A DNA stretch of 64,000 bases, from contig JAQGDQ010000152.1 in assembly GCA_030141605.1 (NCBI GenBank), positions 424,957 through 488,956 of the forward strand, read 5' to 3'. Below are positions 50,272 to 63,100 of this stretch, in pieces; position 1 is the first letter of the stretch; each line of letters opens with the position of its first letter. The translations under genes and the position numbers were made by a program. Below the pieces are notes generated by a model. It saw only the letters and a list, made by a program, of their open reading frames with translations. It had not been told where the DNA came from and did not search any database. Origin of the DNA: Tubiluchus corallicola. Its lineage: Eukaryota > Animalia > Priapulida.

Positions 50272-52008
50272 TTATCTGACTGCTACTTGTGGCATACTCC
50301 TCACACTTGTCTCGCTATTCTCATTGCTATCTGAAGCATGACTACAGCTTCCAGAGTTGTTGTCTTGATGTTTTTTTATTCTTTTTGCAACATTTGTGTT
50401 TAGGGCTTTTTCTTGAAAAGAAGTTGCTGGATCGTGGTTTACCAATTCTTCGATCTTTTCGTGTAACTTCTGTTCGGCTTTGCCAAACTTTTTTAAGCGT
50501 CCTGGTATCTTACACTCAGGAATCGAAACAAGAAGCAGTTTTTGTAGCGCTACAGTTCCGCGGTCCATCATCTTAGAAAGGAATTCGGGGTTTGGCCTGG
50601 CAACCACCAAAAAGTATATAGGAACGGAAAGCGACTGAATCACAAAGTTAATTATGAGACCTTCTACGTATTCAGGATAAATAAGTGGTACAATGATGAG
50701 ACATACACTCATCAGCAAAAACACTACAGGTATGAATGTGGGGAATGTCACAGGTCGAGGCAAATCGGGTCTCTTCCAGCGTAAATATAGTTGTGTCACT
50801 ACTCCCATACCCACCATACTCCATCTCAAGCAACCGTAAGAGTTGTGTAAAGCTTCAAGGTTGTTGTCCGATACTATGACATATAAGCTGGCCATCACAC
50901 CATTAAGAATCAGTGCCGGTATGGGTGTAAGATGAATGACGCTGATCATCGCAAATAGTTGGGGTAGATGCTGCCCGTCACGTGCACCCACGTAGTAAAT
51001 CCTGCCACCCATAAAAACGCGACCATTTAGGACGCCTGCTAACGACAATGTTATCAGAGCTGGCATTATCACCACCCACGATCCCATCGTTCTAGCTGCA
51101 AAATCAAGAGCTATAATACGACTTTCGAGAATCTCTTCTTTTGGTATCACAACCATATAGGCGAGGTTGGTCAAAACATAAACGACTGTCACAATGAACA
51201 TAGATATTAAAATTGCCCGTGGCAAAGTTTTGATTGGATTCTTAATTTCTTCCACTGCATAGTTCAGGGTCTCCCACCCCGCATACGAGTACACGCCCCA
51301 ATACATGGCTCTCGCTATTGATCCACCCTCCAAGTTCGTTCCTTCAAATACTGATTTTTGAAATTTAACTGGATATGTTGCTAACGCTACGATACCCATA
51401 ATGCTGATTATGATTAGAGCCAACATTTTGCTGTGAAACGTTAATATCTCGAAATTCACTGCCCATTTCACATTGAAGCAATTAATTACAATAACCAGCC
51501 ATATGACGGCAAGAGCAAAGCAACGTTCGGCTGGTATGTTAGACTCTAGCTCACATCCTGGCAACACATAACTGAATGCAGTGTTATGCCGAGCAAGCGT
51601 TAGAGCAGCGATTGCTTGTGCAACTGGTCTTCTAAGCCACAGTTCCGACCAAAGAAAGAAAAAAGCGGCAAATGGACCAAACGCTTCTTTAAGATACGTG
51701 TATTGGCCACCTGACTTGGGAATAGTCAGACCTAATTCAGCATAGCACAATGCACCAAATAAAGAAAAAATTCCAGACATTAACCACACTATCAACGATG
51801 CGCCGGATGATCCGGCGTGTAGGATCACATTCTTGGGCGTGGTGAATATACCTCCACTGATTACTGAACCAGACAAAAGGGCGATACAGGCGACCAATCC
51901 CAATCTACGATGCAATTCGTGAGGTTCCTCAGCTGACATAAGAACATCTGCTTGTTTTGTAGACGACTTTTCTGTTGAGGCGCCAGATTTATCATCTCCC
52001 TCGGCCAT
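50272..52008 (-). CDS. SLC7 family L-type/heteromeric amino-acid transporter light chain (APC fold), 578 aa, intronless CDS
   Basis: LHRRLGL, GIFTTPK, GALCYAELGLTIPKSGGQYTYL, extracellular Cys (LPGCE), YSYAGWETLNYAVEEIKNP, LPRAI, YVLTNLAY, TPIPAL, LRWKRPDLPRP; about 12 hydrophobic segments. A splice acceptor at 52071-52072 implies a 5' UTR intron. Exact paralogue not assignable. Confidence 0.93.
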   Translation of the reverse strand: MAEGDDKSGASTEKSSTKQADVLMSAEEPHELHRRLGLVACIALLSGSVISGGIFTTPKNVILHAGSSGASLIVWLMSGIFSLFGALCYAELGLTIPKSGGQYTYLKEAFGPFAAFFFLWSELWLRRPVAQAIAALTLARHNTAFSYVLPGCELESNIPAERCFALAVIWLVIVINCFNVKWAVNFEILTFHSKMLALIIISIMGIVALATYPVKFQKSVFEGTNLEGGSIARAMYWGVYSYAGWETLNYAVEEIKNPIKTLPRAILISMFIVTVVYVLTNLAYMVVIPKEEILESRIIALDFAARTMGSWVVIMPALITLSLAGVLNGRVFMGGRIYYVGARDGQHLPQLFAMISVIHLTPIPALILNGVMASLYVIVSDNNLEALHNSYGCLRWSMVGMGVVTQLYLRWKRPDLPRPVTFPTFIPVVFLLMSVCLIIVPLIYPEYVEGLIINFVIQSLSVPIYFLVVARPNPEFLSKMMDRGTVALQKLLLVSIPECKIPGRLKKFGKAEQKLHEKIEELVNHDPATSFQEKALNTNVAKRIKKHQDNNSGSCSHASDSNENSETSVRSMPQVAVR

Positions 52009-52924
52009 TTTTCACTCGGAAAAAACTGCAATTCCCAACATTTCTAATGATATCTAGACTTCAGCTTCTCCTAAAAAGAAAATTTTACAATTAGAATTTT
52101 AGTTAAATCTTTAATTTTAATTTAAAAACTTTGAGGCTGTGCTGTGGATAATATAATGCAAGAAGAAATTAACTGAATTCATTTGAGACCAATGATCACT
52201 AACAGTCACTTTGCTGTATAAATCTGCATATATCTGCAGTGTATTGCTTAAAGAACTATGACAGATTGGCACTACGTATAGATAACACAAAAACACACAT
52301 TGCTGCACGAAAGTTAACTGTAACTATTAATGAAATTTAAGATATTTGTAACATAGGAAGTGTCACATACAACTAACACACTTCTAAACTCCATAGGTTT
52401 TGCATTACCGTACGCATTGTGTGAGCACTCATCACTGTCACATCACACGCCACAAATTTATCAATATTTTTACAGTTTCTATCAACTAGAAACGCTGACG
52501 AAACTCGACAAACCTGATTTCAGCGTACAGTCAGGCAAACTATAGGTCTACGTTGTTTACTACCTAGCATTGATATGTGTTGCTGCTAAATGTTGAAATA
52601 ATAACCACCTTTCCTCATTAGTCGCCTAAAAATGTCAATAATTTTTCCTTCATTTATTTTGTTGAACTGCCTGGCTTGTGTTCCATCAGATTGTTCTAAA
52701 TTCAATAACACGGCTTCCTATTCAATGTGCGGAAGCATTATGGGATGCGCAAGACAAAGAATACTTCACACTTGCATGAGCGCTTCTTGCTTATCCATCA
52801 GCTTATTACTTTGTATTGAGTCTCACACCTCTTAGCTGAGCAAATGCAGGTGCTAGCAGTACTTATTGACTCAGTAATATGGTGATTGTTTGCACTGTAC
52901 TTGAAGTTGCGTTTCTGCATCATA

Positions 52925-53224
52925 ACTGAGGAATTAGGAATGTAGAGTAGCTACATTTATTTTAAAGATGTGTTAATCGTTATGTTAAGATTAGATGAAA
53001 AAACTTTAAATTAGTAAAGAACTGTAATAGTTTAACTTTTAAAACACATAAAATGTCAAATTAAAAAGGTTATTTTAGTTTACTGAGGAATTAGGAATGT
53101 AGAGTAGCTAATAGTTATGTTAAGATTAGATGAAAAAACTTTAAATTAGTAAGGAACTGTAATAGTTTTAACTTTTAACAAACATATAAAACGTCAAATT
53201 GAAAATGTTAATTTAGTTTACTGA
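52925..53224. repeat. Two-copy tandem duplication, period about 157 bp
   Basis: actgaggaattaggaatgtagagtagcta at 52925 and 53082 with shared downstream sequence. Confidence 0.9.
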
Positions 53225-55093
53225 CGAATGTAACAAAACATTTCAATTATTCTGCAGTAATTTTTTCCTTACGGGCCCTAATGCATTCTAGCAAAATGGG
53301 TGTTAAACATCAGTAAAAACGTTATACCTTCAATAATGAATACGTTTCTGTGGTGAAAGTTTTACAGATAATGAAAAACCTGTAATGCTTGGCTCAAAGG
53401 CCTACGGTAAACTTTACGTAATTTGGATAGGTAGGTAGGGGCAAAAGAATTTATTAGAATTTGCAGAAGTGGCGTATTTGTACATTCAATTTGCGGTGTA
53501 TGCAATATATGTTTACATGTTGCGATTTTTTAAGCAAGCAAAGCATTTATTTTGTATTATTAATTTGCTTTAAAATGACTGATAAAATTTTAACGGTTAC
53601 CTTTGCTTGTTTTGAATGATTTATTTAGAAATGCTCAGGAATGATAGCATTTACCATTCATTATACCACAGCTCAGGATGGAACCACTCTGTTATTTGTA
53701 AAACTCAATCAGTGAAATTTCGTATGCAATGCTACATATCAGTCTCAGCTCAAGTGCGAAACTGCTTCATGAAACACTGTCACATATTCTGTATTCTATA
53801 ATTAGATTAACATGCATATCTATGTGTTTATTAAATGCCTGTTAATGTAAAGAGATTGTTATAAGATGACAACTGATTGCAGCTGTAAATCTGTTTTAAC
53901 AGATGTTGAAACATCTAGCATGTGCTAGCACTGTTATTGATTTGCCAGCAGCTAACAGCGACACTAACTTTAATTACTTCCTAGACACAATAAATGTAGT
54001 AGCGAGGCTCACATTGAAAAACATATTACTGTTAGCACTGATAAAAAAGGTTACTTTGTTGATTAGTTTTTAGACTATTTTACCTCTCTGCTGGCAGAAC
54101 AGTTGGGAAAGTATGCAATGCATTGAGAATGTTTCTGCGTGTAAGACATGAGTAGAAGAAATAAAATAGTTTGACACAAATTATTTCACAGAACCGAATT
54201 ATGCAGAGTCTACAGTAATTATACGTTGCTATTTTTGCACTCGAAAGATTTACCATTCAATGCTGCCGCAGCACAATGTAATATTTTTTGATAAATATTT
54301 GGATGTAAGGTCTATAGTTTTACTATAGTTTGGCATTTTATTGCCTGGTTTTGCATTTTGACAAATTATTGTCCAGAGTTTTTAATACTGTGCACTTCTT
54401 TCCAGTTTTATGTTTTATGTTAGCCGCATACATTGTTTTATGCTTCCAATCAGCTTTGATCAATATGAAATGATATGGGTTAGCAATGGGTTAGCTGCCT
54501 CTATGACATTGCAAGCGAGTCCCAGCTCAGTGCTCTTTACCAGACCTGTTTTTTCGTGTAGAGACTGGTTGCTGTGTACCCAGTGTGGCTGAGATATCTA
54601 TGTTTGTGCAGTGAGTCATCCTAGCACTGATGGTGATCTGGATAATGATAGTCTGGTCTCACAATGACCATCCTGTCAGAGTAGGATCTGCCATGCTCTA
54701 GTTTGCAGGATTCCAGGATAAAATTAAAACTTTCTTTTTAGAATTCAGTATCATTTTTTACAAAATACTGTACCTTCAGTAATGGAGTAAAAATTGCATG
54801 GATATCATTCAGGTTGATTAGTCACAGAATCATCATTGCATGAAATGATTACTTTTAATGTTAGCATGGTTAATAAAAAGTAGTGTACCTATAGGCCTAC
54901 AAGCACAACCGTAGGCCATAATGTTTGATTTATATGACTCACTCTAAGCCAGTTATTAATATTATCGACTTCTAGTGAGACGTCTTTGGAATCCATGCCC
55001 TAACACAAATCCAAGCGTCAGAGGCTTCAACTTGAAACACATTACCACAATTTCACAAAGGAGAATATTTATTCCAATAGAAATATTTCTGTA

Positions 55094-55836
55094 GGCCGCC
55101 GAGTAACCCACTAGCCGAAGTAGGACACTTCCGGTAAAACACGTGCTAAATTTGAGGAAAAGCAGTGTCGTACATGGGCAGCCCAAGTCGGGCACTGGCG
55201 ATTTCTGTCAAGAATCGAGATCTATGACGTAATAAAACGTAAAACTAAATTTGTTTTAAAAAAAAGTAACATCATAATAATGATGGATAGTCCTTGACTA
55301 TTTACTTTTTACGACAATATCATCATTATTATTAGTTCCATTAATAATTATCATCATAACATTAAACTAAGTATCTAATGCTTTAAAGAGAGAAACTACG
55401 TAGGGTACATAACTCGCTAACCCGTTTACTTAGTAGAAAACAATTATTTGTCCAAGAGGGAGTGAAGAGAATCACCTGTCTGTGAAGCAAGACAATAAAA
55501 AATGATATACCTTATACTTTAAGCAAATGTTGGAATCACCTAAAAAGTGCACTTATTTTACTTCAAAGAAGATTAATATTGACAAATATTAATTATACTA
55601 ACTCAGAGTAAAATTTGTTTATTTTATCAGATGTATAATAAATTATTCAACATGTATTGACGTGTTTAATTATTATTACATAAACAAGGACAACGGACGG
55701 TGCCAGTACACTTAATGACTCAATTTGCGACCTGTCCCTTGTGTCCTACTTGGGCAGCCCATGTACGACGCGTCCTACTTGGGCTAGCCCATGTATGCCA
55801 ATTGTCCTACTTCGCTTAGTGGGTTGCTCGGCGCCC
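55094..55836. mobile_element. Non-autonomous TIR element with subterminal repeats
   Basis: About 34-bp TIR ggccgccgagtaacccactagccgaagtaggaca / tgtcctacttcgcttagtgggttgctcggcgccc; inverted internal gtcgtacatgggc / gcccatgtacgac; no clear TSD. Confidence 0.8.
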
Positions 55837-55924
55837 AACACTGCTTCATTTTATGGTGATTCCACGTTTAACTGCAATACAGCCTCGACTTGATGCATAG
55901 CAAGAACTTACTGTAAGTAATATG

Positions 55925-56825
55925 CTAGCATACCATACTTCGGTGATGACCAAGTGACCACTATCAATGGCGATTACGCTACTTTTACTACCGTGAGTAG
56001 GTGATTATTTTCAGTAATATGAGATCGCTTGCGAGAGCACTGCAATATTTTTGCAAATTACCGTAATCACAGTATTTTTTGCTGAGCTTTTTTGAGGCTT
56101 CATATTGACTAGATTACTTGACTGAAATAAAATTATTTTATAATTTTTTTATTAACGCTTGTGTACAGACTACATACATGCTTATGCGGGCTGTAGAAGT
56201 CTTTGTTGGCCGTTATCGCGTGCGTGGCTTCTTTTTTGTGATTTTACTACTTCGGGCTTTTCTCAAGGTATAAGTATAGCTCCATAGATTGTGCCTGAAA
56301 AGCACGAAAAAAACAGAGACTCATATTAGATCAGATTTAGACTATTTAGTAATGTCCTAGCATATCCTACTTCGTGACGACCGTGAGTGACCACTATCGC
56401 TGGCGGTTACGCTACTTTTAGCATTAGTGCCGTAAGTAGGTAATTATTGTCAATAATATGAGATCATTTGCAAGAATACTACGATATTTTTGCAGATTGC
56501 TGTAGTCGCAGTCTTATCTACAGAGCTTTTTCGAGGCTTTAGATTGATTAGATTACTATCGCTTGACTGAAATAAAATTATTTTATAAAAATTTCTTTAT
56601 TAACGCTTTTGTACACATACATACATGCTTATGCTGACAATAGGAGAACTCTTTGTTGGCCGTTATCGCGTTCCGTGGCTTCTTTTCGGTGATTTGACCT
56701 CTTTGGGCTTTTCTCAATCTACAAGGGATACTTCGTAGATTGTGCCTGAAAAATATGAAAAAAAAAACAGAAAAGAAGTTAATGTGACTTGACTCATACT
56801 AGATCAGATTTGGATTATTTAGATT
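55925..56825. repeat. Diverged two-copy tandem duplication, period about 430 bp
   Basis: Shared blocks agtgaccactatc, cttgactgaaataaaattattt, ctttgttggccgttatcgcgt, tagattgtgcctgaaaa and gactcata.tagatcagattt recur in the same order. Confidence 0.9.
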
Positions 56826-57294
56826 ATTTTATTTACACTGACTTGCAGCCTAAACACTCTGATGAAGTAGAAATACTATATTCAGGTAAATTGGCCATAA
56901 TACATTGATATAAATACCTGTACCACGTAGGGGTAAAGAATTATCATGTATGTCTGTTATTAATGTTTACAAACGGCTGATTCCATGGCTCTACCCCTAG
57001 CCTTAACATTGGATATGGAATGCACAATCAAGGCATGACATATATAATATGGTATTGTTCCTTGGTTTATATAACTGAGGGTCAGATATGCAAAATCTAT
57101 TTTTAGTAGAAAAATTAGGTCTTTCGCATTTGCAGAAGCTTGCAGAAGTAGATGTGCAGATGTGAACGTCATCATTGCTTTGTTTATGACGAACACTTCC
57201 TTAACTTTTAAAATTCTTTAAATATACCCAGCAGTGACTATGTGTCCTTATCTTATCGTCTTATTAAACTTACTGGTAGTTGCTTTAGTTTCAG

Positions 57295-59403
57295 ATGTCG
57301 ATAAAATAGATGAGAAGCCTGCAATTGATGTTAACAGAATCATTCAAGAAATAGAACACAGACTTCGAGATGTTCTTAATCCACTGCTGGCCGATGCTAA
57401 GAACATTGCAGAGCAACACGCTGCTATCTACAGAAATACTGCACAGTCACTTCGGCACAACTTGTCAGAAAGAGTGACTCAAACTGTAAGAAAACTTGGT
57501 TAAATAAATGCTTCATTACAGAATTGCATAGTGGAGATCATCAATATAATATTATTTAACTATCAGTATATTCTTAGCTAACTATGTGGAATTTGTACCA
57601 TGAGTTTATTAAATTCATTTCATATGAAATTTGATCATTGGACTGTGTGAAGGTAAACTCTAACGTAAATTAATCAAACATCTTCATGTACTAAGTTTAC
57701 AGCAGAATAGGACTATGTATGCCTGGCTTTTGGTATTTTACAAAAAGGTAAAGTGAAGCTGGTGGTGTACATAATGAGATTGAGATAAAGGCGATCAAGC
57801 AGTTTATATCTATATTAAAAAATGAAGAGAATTCGTTTGTTGTTTTAGTTTTAGGCTCCTTGTCATTTTGGCATCATTAAAAGAGATGACAAAAATACTA
57901 GCAGTCAGAGTCAGATTAAGGTTTGTTGGTGCCCTAAGCACAACCCAGCATCTGGTGCCACTGTTCTCTTCATGGCTGAAAGCATACGTTTTGTGTGATA
58001 CGAATTATGTGCCATTATATATAAAACAAACTCCATTGCCCTATATATAAGATTTATACCACTTAAATTCTTAATTGGCTTCAAAATGGAATTTCAGTTA
58101 AATAAATAAGCTATAAAAAAGAAGATATGATGCCTATCAACGGCAAAAAAAACCCAGAATTTTGTTAAACATAACATTAAAGTGATCCCACAGTGTGAGG
58201 TGTTGATCAGGAAACTTTCTGCTCAAGGGCCTTAGCTAATGGTCGCTGCAGGCATTGTGGTTGGCAACTTGCCATGACAGTAGGTGAAAACATGGTGATA
58301 AAAAGTGAAGACTGTACTAGGATGCTATGTAATGATATGAAAAACAATCCTTCCAAAGTGCCTCATTCTTCTATAGCTCTTTTTCACATTTTGTGGTCCT
58401 TAACATACTTTACTAAAATTTTATCTGTTTTCGATTAATTTTTTGCCAGCTTTGTGCCCGCTGAGCCTTGGTGCCTTCAACACATGCTTAGTCCGCTTAT
58501 GTGTTAATCTCTTACCTGCTCATAGTAGGTTTTTATTATGTCTGCAGCACTTTCCTGATTGTTTTCTCAGACATTAGCCTCAGAACTAGCTATTATAGTT
58601 GAGATTAGCATGGATTACCACTAAACTGAAGATCGTCTCTGTCTGCCAAGTATGGATGGTGTGTTAAGCCAACGCTACTTTTGGCTACGTCCAGCTTTCC
58701 TAATATTTGTTGCGTATAAGTTAGCACCTGAGAAATTTATTTTAAGTTGTTTGTTTTTTTTAATTAAACACTGATGAAAGGTAATTGTGTTAATTGCATA
58801 ACTGTTCATTAAGGTTGAGCATAGCTCAGATGTCCTGACTGGTGCGATACTGAACGACTTGCTCACCGACACCGCGCAGGAATTGCTTCGTCTTAGTGCT
58901 CTGAAAGAGGCAGATAAGCATGCGAACGTTCTTGCCATGCAGCCAGACTTGGAGACCATTCTTCAAACTTTGGACAAAATGGAGGTAGCGTTTCAAAACT
59001 GTGTATCAACAATGATTTCTTCATTTGTGTGACTGTAAAAACTCAGAACAACTGTCATCACCTGATATTTCTGGTTTCCTTCATCTGATGAACTTGTCAC
59101 AATATAAACCAGTAAAACAATAAAATTTATTAATGTAATTATTATTATTGTTGTTTTGCTGCTGCTGTTATTGTTGTTATGCATTTTATAAAACTAATGC
59201 TTGTATATAGCTTCTTTTGTACAACTAACTTTGAGAAGGCATTCGTTTCATACTTTGATGTGGAAAAATAGTAGATTTTATTTTCAAGCAAATTGCAGTT
59301 TGTTTACTTTTTTAGAAAGAGAGGGATGAAATGAGAAATAAGTGGACTTCATTGGTTTATGATGACCCTAATTTCAATGCTTCTAGGCAAGCGGACACTC
59401 TCG
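57295..59403 (+). CDS. KIAA0753: Moonraker/OFIP-like, downstream exon block: 57295-57485, 57855-57920, 58814-58984, 59316-59403; continues further 3'
   Basis: GT-AG with entry phase 1 then 0,0,0,1. IEHRLRDVLNPLL and ILNDLLTDTAQEL...QPDLETILQTLDKME|KERDEMRNKWTSLVYDDP match recalled Moonraker ILDDLLEDTAQEL...[31 protein letters not shown]. Confidence 0.82.
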
Positions 59404-60165
59404 GTATGTAATTTCAATGTTGTTCATTTAGTGTGTTGTGTATGTGCGTCAATGGTTTATGATGAACCTAATCTCAATGCTTCTAGGCAAGCGGACACTC
59501 TCGGTATGTAATTTCACATGTTGTTCATTTAGTGTGTTGTGTATGTGCGTCAATGGTTTATGATGAACCTAATCTCAATGCTTCTAGGCAAGCGGACACT
59601 CGGGCTATGTAATTTCACATGTTGTTCATTTAGTGTGTTGCGTATGTGTGTCAATTGTTTCCGATGAACCTAATCTCAATGCTTCTAGGCAAGCGGACAC
59701 TCGGGGTATGTAATTTCAATGTTGTTCATTTAGTGTGTTGCATATGTGTGTCAATTGTTTCCGATGAACCTAATCTCAATGCTTCTAGGCAAGCGGACAC
59801 CCGCGGTATGTAATTTCACATGTTGTTCATTTAGTGTGTTGCATATGTGTGTCAATTGTTTCCGATGAACCTAATCTCAATGCTTCTAGGCAAGCGGACA
59901 CCCGCGGTATGTAATTTCACATGTTGTTCATTTAGTGTGTTGCATATGTGTGTCAATTGTTTCCGATGAACCTAATCTCAATGCTTCTAGGCAAGCGGAC
60001 ACCCGCGGTATGTAATTTCACATGTTGTTCATTTAGTGTGTTGCATATGTGTGTCAATTGTTTCCGATGAACCTAATTTCAATGCTTCTAGGCAAGCGGA
60101 CACTCTCGGTATGTAATTTCACATGTTGTTCATTTAGTGTGTCGCGTATGTGTGTCAATTGTTTC
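59350..60165 (+). repeat. 100-101-bp minisatellite, about 8 copies, derived from an exon 3' end, splice donor and intron start
   Basis: gcggacac recurs at 59391, 59491, 59592, 59693, 59793, 59894, 59995 and 60096. Confidence 0.97.
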
Positions 60166-63100
60166 TGAGGTAAAAAATGAAATATTTCAAACTTTTTTTC
60201 TATTATAATATGATTATAAGTGAATGTAATCTTAAACATAAAATAAATTGGCTGGATTTAATTAATAAATCATTTTCTAAAACATTAAACTTTTGTCGTA
60301 GACCATATCTATACGTTTGCCGGCTATTTTCGATATTCTAAATTTCCAAGAAAACTAAATTCCACGCGCAAAGAGTAAAATTCAACTTAGAGAAAAAAAA
60401 TCCACGGGCAATGATTCATTTGTTTTGAATAAAACCTCTGAATGTTGTTCTACAAGGTTTCGTAATGGACGCGCAAACACGTCAAATTAGGCGGCAAATG
60501 TAATTCTCGTGTCCCGTAGTTTTCGTGATTTCCCTAAAAACCGTGTCACGCTAGAAGCTTCTAAAGTTGTACATCAATATGGAACACTGGCAGCAGAAAT
60601 ATTGTCAATACACCAACCACTCACTAAGGAGGGGTCAAGTTTTCTGTCAAGTTGTTAACAGAATAAGAAAAAAATCCATAAGTGAATCGACTAGTCCGAT
60701 GGTTATTCAATTATGTGAAAGCGAATTATATTGCCAATGCTAACAACAGCAAGAGTTGCTATAGAGATTAATCACTATTCACTTGTGTTACAGTGCTGTA
60801 TATACATGTATTTACATCAAACATGTCACAGTAAAAAGTGCTTAATTTATGCCCACTTAAAAATAACTTAATGTGCTGCTTGTTTGAACTTCCACATCAA
60901 AGCTTCTTTACGAAATCCATAAAATCGGATTTCCTATAATCTTACAGATTATAGGAAAGTTTAAGAAGTGCGAAATGGCTTTGCTGAGCAACGGGCCTCT
61001 CCTTAAATCTGGCTTCCCGAGTTGTGAGGCCAGTAGGTTCTGCTATGCTGGTCATATAGACGCTTTTATACCACTCAAAAAAACGAGGATTATTTGGAAT
61101 GCATAATGTCGCAGGAAGTCAATTTTCTAGAGACTTAAGACAGGAAATTGGAGTAGGAAATCGAGTACTCTTCAAGTTTATGCACACAACGAAGTGACCC
61201 TCAAATTCCGACCTTTAATCTCGATTGTGATAGATCCAACATGGTAGATTTAGTAACGCATTTGCTTGAACGATCTTTTAAAGCCAATAGCAATAACTTG
61301 GACAAAAAATGCTGCAAAGGGAGAGGATGGGTAAATGTTTTAGGCAATATCAATATTTTGCAATAAATACAAATTTACCAGTGAATCTGAATCATATACC
61401 AATTCTTTGTTCTCAAACTTTATCATCGCTGTAGTTAAAAAAACTTACCGAAGCATGATGGCCATCCAGTAAAGAATACTCGTCCTCTATAATATAGGCC
61501 AAATGTCTTCTATTGCTCAGATCTCTGTACTGGACAAGCACTCTCAAACAACACCACTGCTTAGAATCCCGCGTTGTACATCCTGCGGTCTGACAGTTCT
61601 GTTTTGTAGCATCTTACATTAGCGCCTTGTATTATAGTAACAGCAGTATAGATCTGCTGATCTGTTGATATGATATTAATTAGTTGAAATGTGCTTAAAT
61701 AAACAATGAAACATTTTACTGTGTTTGTAAGTACGTATTGTGCTTTCCAAGATATTCATGATTCCAAAAAATTATTTGATTTTCTTAATTTTCTGAAATT
61801 AGAACCTTGTATTGTAACAATAATATTGTTACCTAATTGTAAATAATTTTAAATAATAAAATTTTACCTAATTTTAAATAACTATTTGGAACTTGTTAAA
61901 TGTATTTTTTAAAAACGTATTACCTTAACCAAATTGTGCCTTACAAAAAATTGTACGATTTTCTTAAATTAGCTTCTTGCGTTTCACATTATGTATTATA
62001 ACCAACAATACTGTAAATCTATTGATTATATAATATTGACATAATAATTGTCTAAATGTGTGTTCAGAAACTATTAAGGGCTTTTTGTTGTACTTTTTGA
62101 ATACTTTTTATACTCATGTTCTCGTTCCTCCTCTCCTTTTTCCTTTCCCCTCTCCTCTCTTCTCCGCTGTTCTCCACTCATCAATGAAAACAATTAGTGA
62201 TATTATCTCCTAAGCAACTGTGTACTTTAGTAAATTATACTCCACACTGTGCAGGCTTTGGCAGCGGTGTGTATTCTACTAAGTGTCATTATTGTGTAAA
62301 TAACTTACTCATCTTTTGTTAAATGCATAAAATTTCATGCTTAGATAAGCTGTTGTTTCTATTTTTTACTCATTTTATTAGCGCTGCACCTCATTGAATA
62401 TTTTTGGCCACCTTGAAAACATGATGTAATTGTCACTCAATGTGTTCAGAAGTGTTTATATCTACATTTTTGTCTACTTTTATCTATCGGCACTTTTTTC
62501 GGTTATTATTAGATACATGCACTTTTAGCTGCCACTTATTACAAACTAATGTTTTATCTATGTTATTTTCTTTTGTAAATGTTATTACCAAGTGTGTAGA
62601 AGTTATTATCATTGAATAAGTAGCCTGTGTATGTGTCCTGGGCAACTGTTAAGCTGCAGTTTCTTCTACCACACACATCTTTTAGCAAACTTTTGTCCCA
62701 TGGAATTTAGGAGACAAATGACGGAGATTTCAACTTCTCAAACTCCTCGACCACAAGGGTTGCATAGGAGCTAGACTCCGACAATTGAGTTTATATAAGC
62801 TGTGTCATTGCATTTTGGACACAGCAGATGTTTGTGTTCGTAGTGTTCAGCCAACATTCCTTCCACTCACTAGTGTTACATCACCCACATATGGGTCATT
62901 CTTGTAGAGTGGGGGTGACTAGTTAAACACCTGTAGACGGTACAAGATCATCTTCCATTATGATACCATAGTCTCTTGGTTTTTCTGAAGGCCCAAGAAC
63001 AAGTAAACGATTATAATGAATTCCTCTATTGCGGACTTTAACAAGCACTTCTTTTTTGTGATAAGGCAACTCCAATGAAATAGCAATCGAAAGAGTCCTT

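Noticed and set aside
57234-57294. Secreted small protein (ORF 57234-57503)
   Set aside because: The hydrophobic leader is translated intron; the exon starts at 57295 and ends at a GTAAG donor.
18339-59403. Calling the host gene TALPID3/KIAA0586
   Set aside because: The ordered conserved blocks match recalled Moonraker/KIAA0753 motifs instead.
59350-60165. CRISPR-like repeat-spacer array
   Set aside because: The whole 100-101-bp unit is repeated; there are no unique spacers.
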